Origin: Octopus bimaculoides
Lineage: Eukaryota
Direction of reading: 5' to 3'
DNA: 32,403 nucleotides
NCBI RefSeq assembly: GCF_001194135.2
Contig: NC_069000.1
Coordinates: 1,303,316 to 1,335,718 of the forward strand
Shown: one piece after another, positions 11,325 through 21,225 of the stretch
Position numbering within the stretch: the first letter of the stretch is position 1
Layout of the letters: each line of letters opens with the position of its first letter
Program-made: the position numbers and the translations under genes
The notes under the pieces: model-generated
Told to the model about the DNA's origin: nothing
Database searches by the model: none
The model's input: only the letters and a program-made list of their open reading frames with translations

Positions 11325-14300
11325 CTGTATTATTATTACTGTTGTTGTTGTTGTTGTTATTAAGGCAGCAAGCTTGCAGAATCGTTAGTATGCCAGGCAA
11401 AAATTTATGAGGTGGCAAGGTGGCAGAAACTTTAGTCACACCATATGTTTACATTCCAAGTTCAAATCCCACCAAGGTCAGTGTTGCCTGTCATCCTTTT
11501 GGGATCAATAAATTGAAGTACCTGTCAAGTATAGGTGTCAGGCCCCTCAGATTGCTGGCCTTGTGCTGAAATTAGAAACCATTATTAGCACTTCAACATT
11601 TAAACCAAGTATATCCAGCAAAAATATTTTGTCTGTTTTATGTTCAAACCAGCAGAATTCATCCTCTCACACCAACTGACAATGTTACGTCATCAAAATC
11701 TCAAAAGCTGGGAGATAATCCGTGTTTAATTAAAAACAATGTGAATAAATAAGCACAATACATTTGATAGGATAATCTGAAGTCCAAAAAGGTTAAGAGA
11801 AAATTGCTTTGGTTTTTCATTTCAGGTTATGTCATCTTCTGAGAAAGAAACCATCACAGATCTGAAGAAATGTGATTTCAGAGACATGCATGCTTTCTTC
11901 ACTGAACAGTCAGAGGAAAGGAAAAACAGAACTAAAGAGGAAAAACTGGTATGACTTTCAGATTTTGGAGCTTAATTTCATTAAAGACTAATTAAAACTG
12001 GAGTGGTGTAAGCCCGTGTAGTAAATCTGGTGCATTGCATCTGTTTGTTAGCTTCAGTCAGTATTTTCTTGCTTTGAAGGAAAGTCTAAATAGTAATTTG
12101 GCAAGGCCAGCCGTCTCTGCTTCTATCATGAGGATCATTACCATTTCCCAGCCACAGCCCATCATTTCTTTTATGGCTGTCATCCTCACATCAAACCTCA
12201 CCGTTTCTTCCTGTACCTTCTTTGCTCTTCCTCTTTCATCATTTCACATCTTTTTTGCATCCATTCATCATCTTTGATAGACATCACCTGACCACACCTG
12301 TGCACACTACATCCACTGTATTTCATGTCATTGTCATTTTAACATCTACTTTCTCATGCTTGTATGAGGCAGACGAGAAGACGCTGGGATAGAATTTTCT
12401 ACATCTGGATGCCTCTCCCGTTGCCAACCACCACTTGTTTCCAAATCATGCAATAATAATCTCCCTATTGAACAACAAACAGCCTGCACAGGTTTTATGC
12501 AAAGAGTTGGAAACAAGCGAAGGAGAATTTTCTTTACAAAATTCACACATTTATCAGGACATGTGAGGAAACCTAAGAATGCTTTTGCAGTGGATGGGAA
12601 GCAGTCAGTGGTGCCAGTGAGGCCAATGTTTACAACCAGTAAACACATGGGAAGATAAGGGAACTACATAATCACACAGACATACTAAATATGCCTCTTC
12701 CTTATTAAGATGATAGAGTGTGCATTGAGAGATTCAGCTGTTATTTTTAGCAAGTCAGACCACCATATAAAGATACTCCCATTCTCTTTTAATCATTTTA
12801 GTGTTTCTGATCTTTACCAGACATGTTGGTGGATGGCTTCAAACTAAAATTTGGAGGTGTTTAATTAATATTGTGTCATAGCAGCTGAGTGTACTCATCC
12901 CCATTTTCTTTTTTTTTTTTTTCTGTTGCTTTCAGGCATTGAAGAAGAGAAACGAGGAGATCCAAGCTGAGTATGGCTATTGTATTATGGATGGACACAA
13001 GGAAAAAATTGGTAACTTTCGAATTGAACCACCGGGTCTCTTCCGGGGTCGAGGAGACCATCCAAAGCAGGGAATGTTGAAGAGGAGGACACAGCCTGAG
13101 GATGTGATAATTAATTGTAGCAAGTGAGTTCATTCATATAGTTTGTTGTTGTTGTTGTTGTTGGTAGTGGTGGTGGTGGTATTTGCAGGTCAGCCCTGAT
13201 CAAACAGACCTATGACAGGTGCAGCTCTTGTCGGTACATGGTTGAGATTAAGTTCATTTTACAACTCCTTAGTCTCGGGGTGCAGTCCAGTCGAAGCACC
13301 TGGAACCAGGTGCCTTCTAAAAGGTGGCAAGATACTCACAAGGGAAATTTGACTTAACCCTTTATCCTTCAGACTATTATTGATTCCTGTTGCTTTGAAT
13401 CAATTAGGCATTATCTCATAGCTTTGAGATTTCAATGATGTGATTGTTTATTTTTCAGAATGACATTGTAGGGTAGGTGCAAGAGGCTGTATCTATAAAG
13501 CTTGCATAAGAGTAATTTCATTGTTTCCAAATTTGTGCATTTATGATTTTGTTATAAATGTTAATAACTATTAACATTATTATTAAATATAAACACCTTT
13601 GTTTCAGAGATTCTAAAATTCCTCAGCCTCCATCTGGCCACAAATGGAGGAAGGTCCAAGCTGACAATAAGGTGGGTTTAATTGTTATTCATCATCATCA
13701 TCATCATACTCTCTCTTTTACTTGTTTCAGTCATTTGACTGCGGCCAAGCTGGAGCACCGCCTTTAGTCGAGCAAATCGACCCCAGGACTTATTCTTTGG
13801 AAGCCTAGTACTTATTCTATCGGTGTCTTTTGCCGAACCGCTAAGTTATGGGGATGTAAACACACCAGCATTGGTTCATACTTCATTTAACACTAAAGGA
13901 GTAGCACTTTTGGGTTTAAAATTCCCTGGTGCCACATAAAAAGCAGCCAGTTCACTCTGAAGTCATTCGCATTCTAGAAACAATATCATTGACTTCACTT
14001 TGAAAGGTAATACCTCAGAATGGCTGCCACCCAATGACTGGAACCTGTTAGAAGAAATAAACAATTTTTTTTTTCCTTATAAACTATGAAAAATGTTTCA
14101 AGAAAAGCCAAGACATTGATGCCAACTATTTCAATAGTAATGATGACGATGATGATGTTCTTGTTTGTGCAGGTCAGTTGGTTAGCATGTTGGTCAGAGA
14201 ATATTCAGGGCCAAACCAAATATGTCATGTTGAATGCGGCATCACGTTTAAAAGGCGAGAAAGATTGGCAAAAGTATGAAGTGGCCCGGCGCTTATACAA

Positions 14301-17300
14301 ACACGTGGACAAGATCCGTGCAACATACCGAGAAGACTGGAAATCAAAAGAGATGCGAATTCGGCAGAGAGCTGTTGCCTTATACTTCATTGATAAGGTC
14401 AGTGTGGTGGTCACTGTGTTGAGGCACCTTTTTTAAAAAACAAAAAAAATAGTAATCTAATTATTGCTTTGTGTGTTGTATTTTTTTATTATTTATTTAG
14501 TTACGTGTTCATAATTTTTTAAGGAAATACATTGCCTGTGTGTTTCAGTTTATTTTTTAAATAATCAACAATTTCAAAATCCAGTCCAATCAGCCCCAAA
14601 ACCTTTTCAATCTACTGCTTATTATATCAAGTAAGCTAATTAAACATTTTTAATGAAGGGACATAGCTTGATACCAGTAAATATAATTACAGTCGTGTTT
14701 ATGTTTAAATATATTTAAGTATACACATACACACAAAGAGTAGATTAGTATAGTTTTCATAAAGCATTGTTAGCAAATAACCCCTGAGGAAGGGGTCCTA
14801 TCCCTGAAATAGGGAAATACCAGGTAAAACTATCAACTTGTTTTATTTTTATAAATTGCATTGTTTTGGGTTTTTAAAAAAATATAATTATAAACATTGA
14901 CTTATATGAGACAGTGTTACAAGTATCTATCTCTAATATGGCCAAGCATATGTGAATATCAGTCTTGTTGTGTTGTTTGTTTGCAGCTTGCTTTGAGGGC
15001 AGGTAACGAAAAAGAGGAAGGAGAAACGGCTGACACAGTGGGTTGTTGTTCTCTCCGTGTGGAACACATTAAGCTACATCCAGAGATTGACAACAAGGAA
15101 TTTGTGGTGGAGTTTGATTTTCTCGGTAAAGATTCCATCCGTTACCAGAACAAAGTGCCTGTGGAGAAGCGTGTTTTCAAGAACTTGCAGCTGTTTATGG
15201 AGAACAAGCAGCCTGGTGATGACTTGTTCGACAGATTAAATGTAAGACTTGGAATTTCTCTCTTACTACCCCTCTCTCTCTCTCGTTCACATTCTGTCCT
15301 TTGGAATTTCTCTCTTACTACCCCTCTCTCTCTCCCATCCACATTCTGTCCTTTTTTTTTTTCTTTTTTTTCGCATACTTTCTCTTTCTCTGCTTTTCTT
15401 TCACACTACATTTTTTTCTTACCATAATGTTGACTGAACTCTTGTGTGTCTGTGTACGAATGCACATGGAACTTGGTGCTCTGTCTCAAATGTGGGTTCC
15501 TCTAACATTTGGTCTTCTTTCTTTTTGCTGCTGTGCTTCTGCAGACGGCCACTTTGAACAAACATTTACACGATTTGATGGAAGGTCTGACTGCCAAAGT
15601 GTTCAGGACGTTCAATGCCTCCAAGACGCTGCAAGAACAGCTCGATCTCCTGACTAACCGTGAGTATTTAACTTGTGCCTGTGCAGTCCCTGGGAGTAGT
15701 ATGTGGAGGGCACAGGTGGGTTGTCTAGAGTTAGGTTTAAATGTTGATGATATGGCAGTGATGGTAGTTGATCCTGGTCAGCTCTGATTCTGCAGACCTG
15801 ATGACCAAAGGCGTTTCATTGATGATCCAGCTTTGACTTTATAATAGTAACTAATATGGTGTTTCATTGCTTAAAATGGTAGGTCAGTGGTCTGAGCGAT
15901 CTGAAGGTCTCTTTTGTGTTGTGATTCAAGAAGTCAATAGATAAATGTGTGAAGTAGGGGGAGAGGGACATGGAAGGTGGTGGGGGAGGGGTAGTGTTCC
16001 CTTTAACTTTTTGCTATGGATGGGCACAGGAATTTGTTTGTATATAAAATTTTATCTTTTTTGTTACACAGCTATGCATGTAACCATCGGTTGTGGCTTT
16101 GGTGTGTATTGAGAAGATTAAGAAGATGTACGATGACTGACTGGCATCGTGTTTTGCTTAGAAATGTGGAAATTTTATTCTTTGTATATAGAATGACATC
16201 TCTGGGACCTCTAACTTGGAATGACCCCCCCCCNNNNNNNNNNCCCCAATCAAGCAAACCTGTGGAATTGACTTTATGGCTTTAATTAATCAAACATTAT
16301 TTTGTTGGTGTCTGTAATTTCCATTCTTTTCTTTTTCCTTTTGTTTGTTTCTTACCCCCCAAAAGTCAATTATAGTAATTAATTGCAAAGCCTTGAGAGA
16401 TGAACTCAACCCTTACTGGATTTGAAACAAGGAACAAAACAACCATTATTTACCTCTGTTTCTCTGTACGAAGTATATAAAACCACAAAACTGGAACTAG
16501 CTCTAGGGAACTGGTATTGTCCAGCTTGTCCATCATTATGAGGGGACACATTTTGGTGATGAGTTAGAACAGATTGGGGCTGAGTGAAATTTGAATGAAT
16601 CCCTTGTTACTTGTATATAAGCTTCTCTCCTCATTCAATGTGTTTCCAATTTGCAGCGGAGGAGTCAGTCACAGCCAAACTCTTGTCCTACAACCGTGCC
16701 AACCGAGCCGTGGCAGTTTTATGTAACCATCAGCGGTCAGTGCCTAAAAACTTCAGCAAACAGATGGAGAATTTGCAGAATAAGGTTTGTGGTTTTGATT
16801 TGTTTTCTTCCCACATAGACATAGACATGTTTTTGAAAGTGTAAAAAAACAAATGTGTGCATATAAGAAGTGAAACAGGAATGTTAACTCTTTAGCATTT
16901 AAGCTGGTCAGATCTGGCCTCTCACACCAACCCTGAAATATCATTCTATAGAAATTAACAGTTGTCTCATGAAAACCTCAAAGCTACAAGATAATGCACA
17001 ATTAATTAAATAAGCATTATAATTGAGAGAGTAATCTGAATGCTAAAAGGTTGAATAGAGACATTGACAGTGAGTCAAGGTATATCTAGATCACATCTCT
17101 CTGTTTGATCTGAAAGAAGGTGTGAACTAAACAAGAATTAAATGACAACAACCAACAACAGTGGCAGAGCAGACACGTGTGTCACATTGGAACCTTTGTA
17201 GATAACATCAGAGAAATTGAGTGAAATGGAAAAAAGATGCAGAACAATGAAGATAACATGAATAATTCCAGTGAAATAAATAATACAGTTTAGTTGCTGA

Positions 17301-19916
17301 CCACTCGGCCATGGAACAAGTACCAGTAGCAGGTCGCATCGGCCTGTGATGAGATCTCTGACCTTATTCAATAGTTACAACTCCCTCTGCTAAAGAAAGT
17401 AGTGGGAATGTGCCTCATAGTCCTACAAATACCCTCGTCTTTCTCGGTCTCTTCATACCTGCTCCCTGCAACTCCTGCTCTTTTTCCTCACACTTATTAG
17501 TTGCTTACTAAAACTGAGTAATTGCACTAATTGTTGTTTTCAGATAAAAGCAAAGATGGATGTAATTAAAGAGGGTAAGAAGCAGGTTAAAGATGCCAAA
17601 AGTGACTACAAGAATCTCAAAACAGAGAAGGCTAAAAGGTGAGCTTGTTTTTCTGCCCTTTGCTGCAGCCTGTGTGGGGTCCACCGGGTAGCAAGGCATC
17701 TTCACTTTTCGCAGCCCCTGTTTTGTGTTACATTTGTATTGAATGGTTCTAGACATTGAAATGGTTCTGTTTGGTTTCTATGAGCAAGTGGTTTTCTTAA
17801 AGCTGAAAATATGTTCTCGTTGTGAAGCTGTTGCATACATTTTCTAATGGCATCATCAGCAAACTGGAGGAAATAGAGTGATGTCTTTTATTTTTTTTGT
17901 ATTGTCCATCCAGTCAGTGTTTAGAGCAGGAGTTCTCGGCCTTGGATCTCTGGGCCACTTGCAGCTCTTGACAATAAATCTAATAAACCATCATCATTTA
18001 ACGTCCATTGTCCCTGCTGGTATGGGTTGGATGGTTTGACTGGGCTGGCACACTGGAAGGTTGCACCAGACTCCAGTCTGATTTGGCACGGTCTCTATGG
18101 CTGGATGCCCTTCCTAATGCCAACCACTCCGAGAGTGTAATGGGTGCTTTTATGTGCCAGTTTGTGTAGCACCAGTATGGCATCTGTTTAACCTTGTTTG
18201 GTGCAGCCCACTAAAAAAAATCCAGGTTTTGAATCTGGAATTGATGTTTATTAACTCTCCAATTCCTCAGTTCTTTGTTTGTTTCTCTCATATCTAATTC
18301 CATCTTTTCTGGTCCCTAATTTTCTGCCCTTTATTTTGCAGCATGTATGAGAAAAAGAAAAAGCAACTGGAGCGCTTGCAAGAGCAGCTCTGTAAACTAG
18401 AGGTGCAGGCTACAGATAAGGTAAGTTTGGTGTTGGGTGTGGCCCCAGGTTGGCCCAGATTTGACAGTCCTGTGCTACACAGGGAGTCAAATGAATGTCA
18501 GATGCAGTGATGAATTATAAGGGACTGCATAGTGGTGTGTTCAGTAATAGGGTCCTGAAAAAGGGTTACAGTAATGTGGGGGTGGGGTGAGGGTTGGTAA
18601 TGTCACTGTTTTAGGAGATTACATTTGGGGTGGATTAAGCAATGATATAAACAATGGAAGGTGGTGGGCAGTAAAGCTTGCACCTTAGACATGACCTCAT
18701 TAATCCAACTTAAACTCTTTTATCCCAGCATGTCACAGGTATTTCCTTCCACTGGGAGAAAGGTGGAAGTGAAAATAAGCTCAAAACAGTAAACTCTCAC
18801 TCAGACACAAATAGTAGCGATTATAAAACTTTCTCACATAATGAGTTTGTTAGAACAAAAACCTCCTCTCACCCAATCATCAAGTTTGCTTTGCTCTGTG
18901 TCCCTGTTTTGTTTCTCATTGATCCATTACAGGAAATGTGATTTTTATGGGACTTTTTTGTTTTCTTTTAATGACAGGACGAGAATAAAGAAATTGCTTT
19001 GGGCACCTCAAAATTAAACTATTTAGATCCAAGGATCTCTGTTGCCTGGTAAGTACTGATTCCTGTGACCTCCTCTATGAAGAAATCAATGTATCATTCC
19101 TTTAAAATTGTTGTCTAAACCCTGACGTGGCTGATAGACATTTCATAGGGAAATCGTAGCTGTTGATATTGTTTAGTAGTTATATTGGTCCTGAGCCTGC
19201 AGACCTATGGTCAAAGATATTCCAGCCATGATCCTCCATCAGACACAGTGCATCCAGCTCTACATTATTCAGTCCTTTTTTAAAATTTTTTTTTTTATTG
19301 ATAGTTATGTGATTTATGGAAGATTTGGTTACTATTTCTGATACGTCAAACACATTCAGTCGCTTGTTCAATTGCCATCCAGAAGTGGTCAGCCTTGGTG
19401 AAGGCCAGTTTCAGGAGAGCCACACACAGTAAATTTGTTGCTGTTCAAGATAAAAGTCAGAGTATTGTGTTGTTTTAATTGCCTCAGACTACTTTGCTAC
19501 CAATAGGTACCACTCCTTTTGTTGGTGATTAGCTCTGATCTGAAGCCTGAATCTTGTAACTAACAACGTAACCATAACCTGTTTGTAGGGAGTTTTGGGA
19601 TCAAACGAGTGCACAGACACTCTTTTGTTTTTGTTGTTTAACACTGGATCATCTTTAATTGAACAGACCTACAATCAAAGCTGTTCCAGTTATTACCTTC
19701 CTGTCTTTGCATATCAACACAAAGAGATTTGTTAACATTTATTCCAATACTCTCCTTTTTTTTTTTCTTATATATATATGTATATATATACATTTAAACT
19801 TTTCTTTTTTCAGGTGCAAAAAATGGGAAGCCCCACTGGAAAAAATTTATAACAAGACCCAACGTGAGAAGTTCCGTTGGGCTATTGACATGGCAACACC
19901 GAACTTCAGGTTTTAA
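6960..19916 (+). CDS. TOP1: DNA topoisomerase I (type IB), spliced: join(6960..7627,8431..8522,9020..9104,9267..9364,10163..10278,11148..11269,11826..11948,12936..13123,13608..13671,14173..14397,14987..15241,15545..15659,16657..16784,17544..17638,18342..18420,18978..19048,19814..19916); 5' exon(s) unresolved
   Basis: All 16 internal introns are GT-AG with matching phases. Translation gives the TopIB motifs [29 protein letters not shown] (R at 14996), FLGKDSIRY (K at 15128), KVFRTFNAS (R at 15605), LCNHQR (H at 16728) and SKLNYLDPR (catalytic Y at 19020..19022), equivalent to human R488/K532/R590/H632/Y723. Confidence 0.98.
7708..7743 (+). mobile_element. SINE family A 3' tail fragment
   Basis: GAAATTGCTGGCCTTGTGCCAAAATGTGAAAC. 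Confidence 0.7.
8431..8522 (+). CDS. TOP1: TOP1 exon (IKRKPDD...KAKIQ)
   Basis: ctctttgtag| acceptor, CA|gttagt donor; phases 0 and 2 fit the neighbours. Confidence 0.85.
9020..9104 (+). CDS. TOP1: TOP1 exon ([10 protein letters not shown]...IEPIK)
   Basis: tcttttcag|A acceptor, AAA|gtaaat donor; phases 2 and 0. Confidence 0.87.
9267..9364 (+). CDS. TOP1: TOP1 exon (KKKIKKE...TIWKW)
   Basis: aaatttcag| acceptor, TG|gtaagt donor; supplies the conserved WKW. Confidence 0.93.
9775..10142 (+). mobile_element. Composite SINE: family B head with family C-type tail
   Basis: Head GTGTGG..AAGAAGCTTG.TTCCCAACC...GGGTTCAGT matches 27610..27760; tail CCCAT.C.AGCATGGAAA..GGACGTTAA matches the reverse complement of 17989, 24301 and 32201. 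Confidence 0.75.
10163..10278 (+). CDS. TOP1: TOP1 exon ([20 protein letters not shown]...KYEG)
   Basis: cattttag|G acceptor, G|gtgagt donor; start of the core domain. Confidence 0.97.
11148..11269 (+). CDS. TOP1: TOP1 exon ([20 protein letters not shown]...DWRK)
   Basis: ttttgcag| acceptor, AAG|gtcagt donor. Confidence 0.97.
11284..11361 (+). repeat. (CT)n then (TAT)/(TGT)n compound microsatellite
   Basis: Read directly; starts 14 nt after a TOP1 donor. Confidence 0.9.
11363..11580 (+). mobile_element. SINE family A, diverged, apparently doubled head
   Basis: AGGCAGCAAGCTTGCAGAATCGTTAG followed by AGGTGGCAAGGTGGCAGAAAC; tail ATTGCTGGCCTTGTGCTGAAATTAGAAACC. Confidence 0.8.
11585..11796 (+). 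mobile_element. Same MITE family, copy 2
   Basis: Shares CCTCTCACACCAAC, AATCTCAAAAGCT.GGAGATAAT and TAATCTGAA...AAAGGTTAA. Confidence 0.65.
11826..11948 (+). CDS. TOP1: TOP1 exon ([18 protein letters not shown]...EEKL)
   Basis: ttttcag| acceptor, CTG|gtatga donor; 41 codons; not in the ORF track. Confidence 0.96.
12140..12370 (-). mobile_element. Possible degraded RTE-type LINE 3' ORF fragment
   Basis: One minus frame reads [24 protein letters not shown], loosely like the RTE C-terminal GRPxKTWxExVxxDxR; heavily decayed. Confidence 0.35.
12936..13123 (+). CDS. TOP1: TOP1 exon (ALKKRNEE...[11 protein letters not shown]...INCSK)
   Basis: gctttcag| acceptor, AA|gtgagt donor. Confidence 0.98.
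13354..13497 (-). mobile_element. Same MITE family, copy 3, inverted
   Basis: Begins TTAACCCTTT; contains ATTATCTCATAGCTTTGAGATT, the reverse complement of the family core. Confidence 0.65.
13608..13671 (+). CDS. TOP1: TOP1 exon ([21 protein letters not shown])
   Basis: gtttcag|A acceptor, AAG|gtgggt donor. Confidence 0.96.
13711..13875 (-). mobile_element. SINE family B, 5'-truncated, CpG-intact; possible 7-bp TSD TCATACT (13704..13710 and 13876..13882)
   Basis: Reverse complement of the 3' half of the 27610..27981 copy. Confidence 0.85.
14173..14397 (+). CDS. TOP1: TOP1 exon ([13 protein letters not shown]...ALYFIDK)
   Basis: ttgtgcag| acceptor, AAG|gtcagt donor; 75 codons. Confidence 0.98.
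14987..15241 (+). CDS. TOP1: TOP1 exon (LALRAGNEK...GKDSIRY...DRLN)
   Basis: gtttgcag| acceptor, AAT|gtaaga donor; carries the catalytic Arg and Lys. Confidence 0.98.
15249..15352 (+). repeat. 52-bp tandem duplication, 2 copies, pyrimidine-rich
   Basis: TTGGAATTTCTCTCTTACTACCCCTCTCTC...ACATTCTGTCCT at 15249 and 15301. Confidence 0.92.
15545..15659 (+). CDS. TOP1: TOP1 exon (TATLNKHL...KVFRTFNAS...LTNP)
   Basis: cttctgcag| acceptor, C|gtgagt donor. Confidence 0.98.
16657..16784 (+). CDS. TOP1: TOP1 exon ([26 protein letters not shown]...LQNK)
   Basis: atttgcag| acceptor, AAG|gtttgt donor. Confidence 0.97.
16884..17054 (+). mobile_element. MITE with TTAA-type ends (piggyBac-like), copy 1
   Basis: Left end TTAACTCTTTAGCATT and the reverse complement of the right end TCAACCTTTTAGCATT match at 13/16; internal CCTCTCACACCAAC and CTCAAAGCT..AGATAAT. 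Confidence 0.7.
17544..17638 (+). CDS. TOP1: TOP1 exon, linker ([13 protein letters not shown]...KAKS)
   Basis: gttttcag| acceptor, AG|gtgagc donor; not in the ORF track. Confidence 0.93.
17989..18185 (-). mobile_element. Retroposon family C 3' part, (GAT)n tail
   Basis: CATCATTTAACGTCC...GCTGGATGCCCTTCCTAATGCCAACCAC, shared with 21718, 24301 and 32201. Confidence 0.85.
18342..18420 (+). CDS. TOP1: TOP1 exon, linker ([26 protein letters not shown])
   Basis: attttgcag|C acceptor, AAG|gtaagt donor. Confidence 0.96.
18978..19048 (+). CDS. TOP1: TOP1 exon with the catalytic tyrosine ([24 protein letters not shown])
   Basis: aatgacag| acceptor, TG|gtaagt donor. Confidence 0.98.
19187..19240 (+). 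repeat. Short dispersed repeat D; also at 13185..13215 and 15776..15815
   Basis: Shared GGTC...CTGA...CAGACCT.(A)TG...CAAAG core in three TOP1 introns. Confidence 0.5.
19814..19916 (+). CDS. TOP1: TOP1 last coding exon ([33 protein letters not shown])
   Basis: ttttttcag|G acceptor; TAA at 19914..19916. Confidence 0.98.
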
Positions 19917-20087
19917 TAACAACTGGCATCCTAGACCTGAATCTACTTTACCTTGACATATTATGATTGTTTTTTTTTTTTTTTTTTTTTATCATTTCAC
20001 TTTTTATTTTTTAAGAAAGGCAAGAAGAATAAGAGAGAAAAAGTTGTAATAGCAAGTGTATGGGGAAAGCAATAGTCTTTATTTTTT

Positions 20088-20372
20088 ATTTATTATCATC
20101 ATTATTATTATTATTATTATTATAATTTAATTAATTATTGTCTTTTCCCGTTTCCTCTCCCATTGTTGACATCCTGGTTTTCTCTGTAGTCACCCTTTCA
20201 ACGCTCTTTCTACCCAACTCCCATCATCATCATCATCACCATCATTAATATTATTATTATCATTACTATTATTATAAATATTATTATTATTATTATTAAT
20301 ATTATGACTATTGTTATTATTATAAATATTATTATCATTATTATTATTATTACTTTTATTATTATGAATATT
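20088..20372 (+). repeat. (ATT)n/(CAT)n low-complexity tracts in the TOP1 3' UTR
   Basis: 20088..20125 and 20221..20372; explains spurious ORF 20210..20431. Confidence 0.9.
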
Positions 20373-20710
20373 ATTGAATCATATCCCAAGAAAATTCCTG
20401 TTTCCAAGTAGGCTGAGGCAGTGAAAGACAAGGGGAAGGAGAGGGTGGGTGTGATGTTGTGGCACCAGAACTGCTGCAGCTAAGGAAATCTCATGGTATG
20501 TCTCTCGACAGGCACTTGACCAACGCGATGCCGCTGACCATATTTACATATACACGTGTGTATACGCATGCACACACACACACATACAAGCACGAGTGTA
20601 TGTAAGTGTATGTGAAGCTGGCCAGTCCATGCAAACAAACATGTAAAGAATTCAATTCATATCTGACTTGGAGCTTTTCACTGTATATTTAGTAAGAAAA
20701 AAGAAACAAA

Positions 20711-20716
20711 AATAAA
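20711..20716 (+). terminator. Probable TOP1 polyadenylation signal
   Basis: First AATAAA I see after the stop, with a GU/U-rich tract (gtgttgcttttgttggtc) about 25-45 nt downstream; implies a 3' UTR of about 0.8 kb. Confidence 0.5.
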
Positions 20717-20785
20717 ATAATTAACATAATGAGTAATTTTAAGTGTTGCTTTTGTTGGTCTTTATCATCATCATCATCATCATCA

Positions 20786-21225
20786 TTAGCTCTGCCTTAG
20801 TGAAGGCAGAGGTATTGTTTTCAGTTGTGTTTGTTTGTTTGTCCATGCACAAGATATCTCAAGAACTGCTGGATGGATTCGGATGAAACTTCCAGGGATG
20901 TTTGACCTCGTGACTGGCACAAACTGATTAGATTTTGGGATCAATGTGGTACCAGACAAGGATTCTGGATTATTTTTCTTTTTTTTTACTTAATTTTTGA
21001 TTTTGCCTTCCATCTTTACGGGGTTGATAAAATAAGTACCAGTTGAACACTGGGGGTCAATGTAATAGACTCATCCCCCCTCCGCCAAAAATTTAAGATC
21101 ATCATTTATTATTTATGTACAAAAATTTCTTTGATTTAGCAATATTATTGTTGTTTTTTAATTTGATTGTTTCAACACATTTTGCAATATTCACCACCGA
21201 AGACTTGTGTGTCTGTCAGTGTTGA
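20786..21225 (+). mobile_element. Helentron/HINE (DINE-1-like) non-autonomous element
   Basis: 5' hairpin CTCTGCCTT-AGTG-AAGGCAGAG, then TTGTTTTC, a (GTTT)n tract and CAAGATATCTCAAGAACTGCTGGATGGATT.GGATGAAA, the layout I recall for HINEs; the 3' end is degraded. Confidence 0.6.
21001..21093 (+). mobile_element. SINE family A, 5'-truncated, nested in the Helentron-like element
   Basis: TTTGCCTTCCATC...GGGGTTGATAAAATAAGTACCAGTTG. Confidence 0.8.

Noticed and set aside
18507-18558. Possible C/D snoRNA (GTGATGA...CTGA)
   Set aside because: Only 52 nt, no terminal stem, no guide I can assign.
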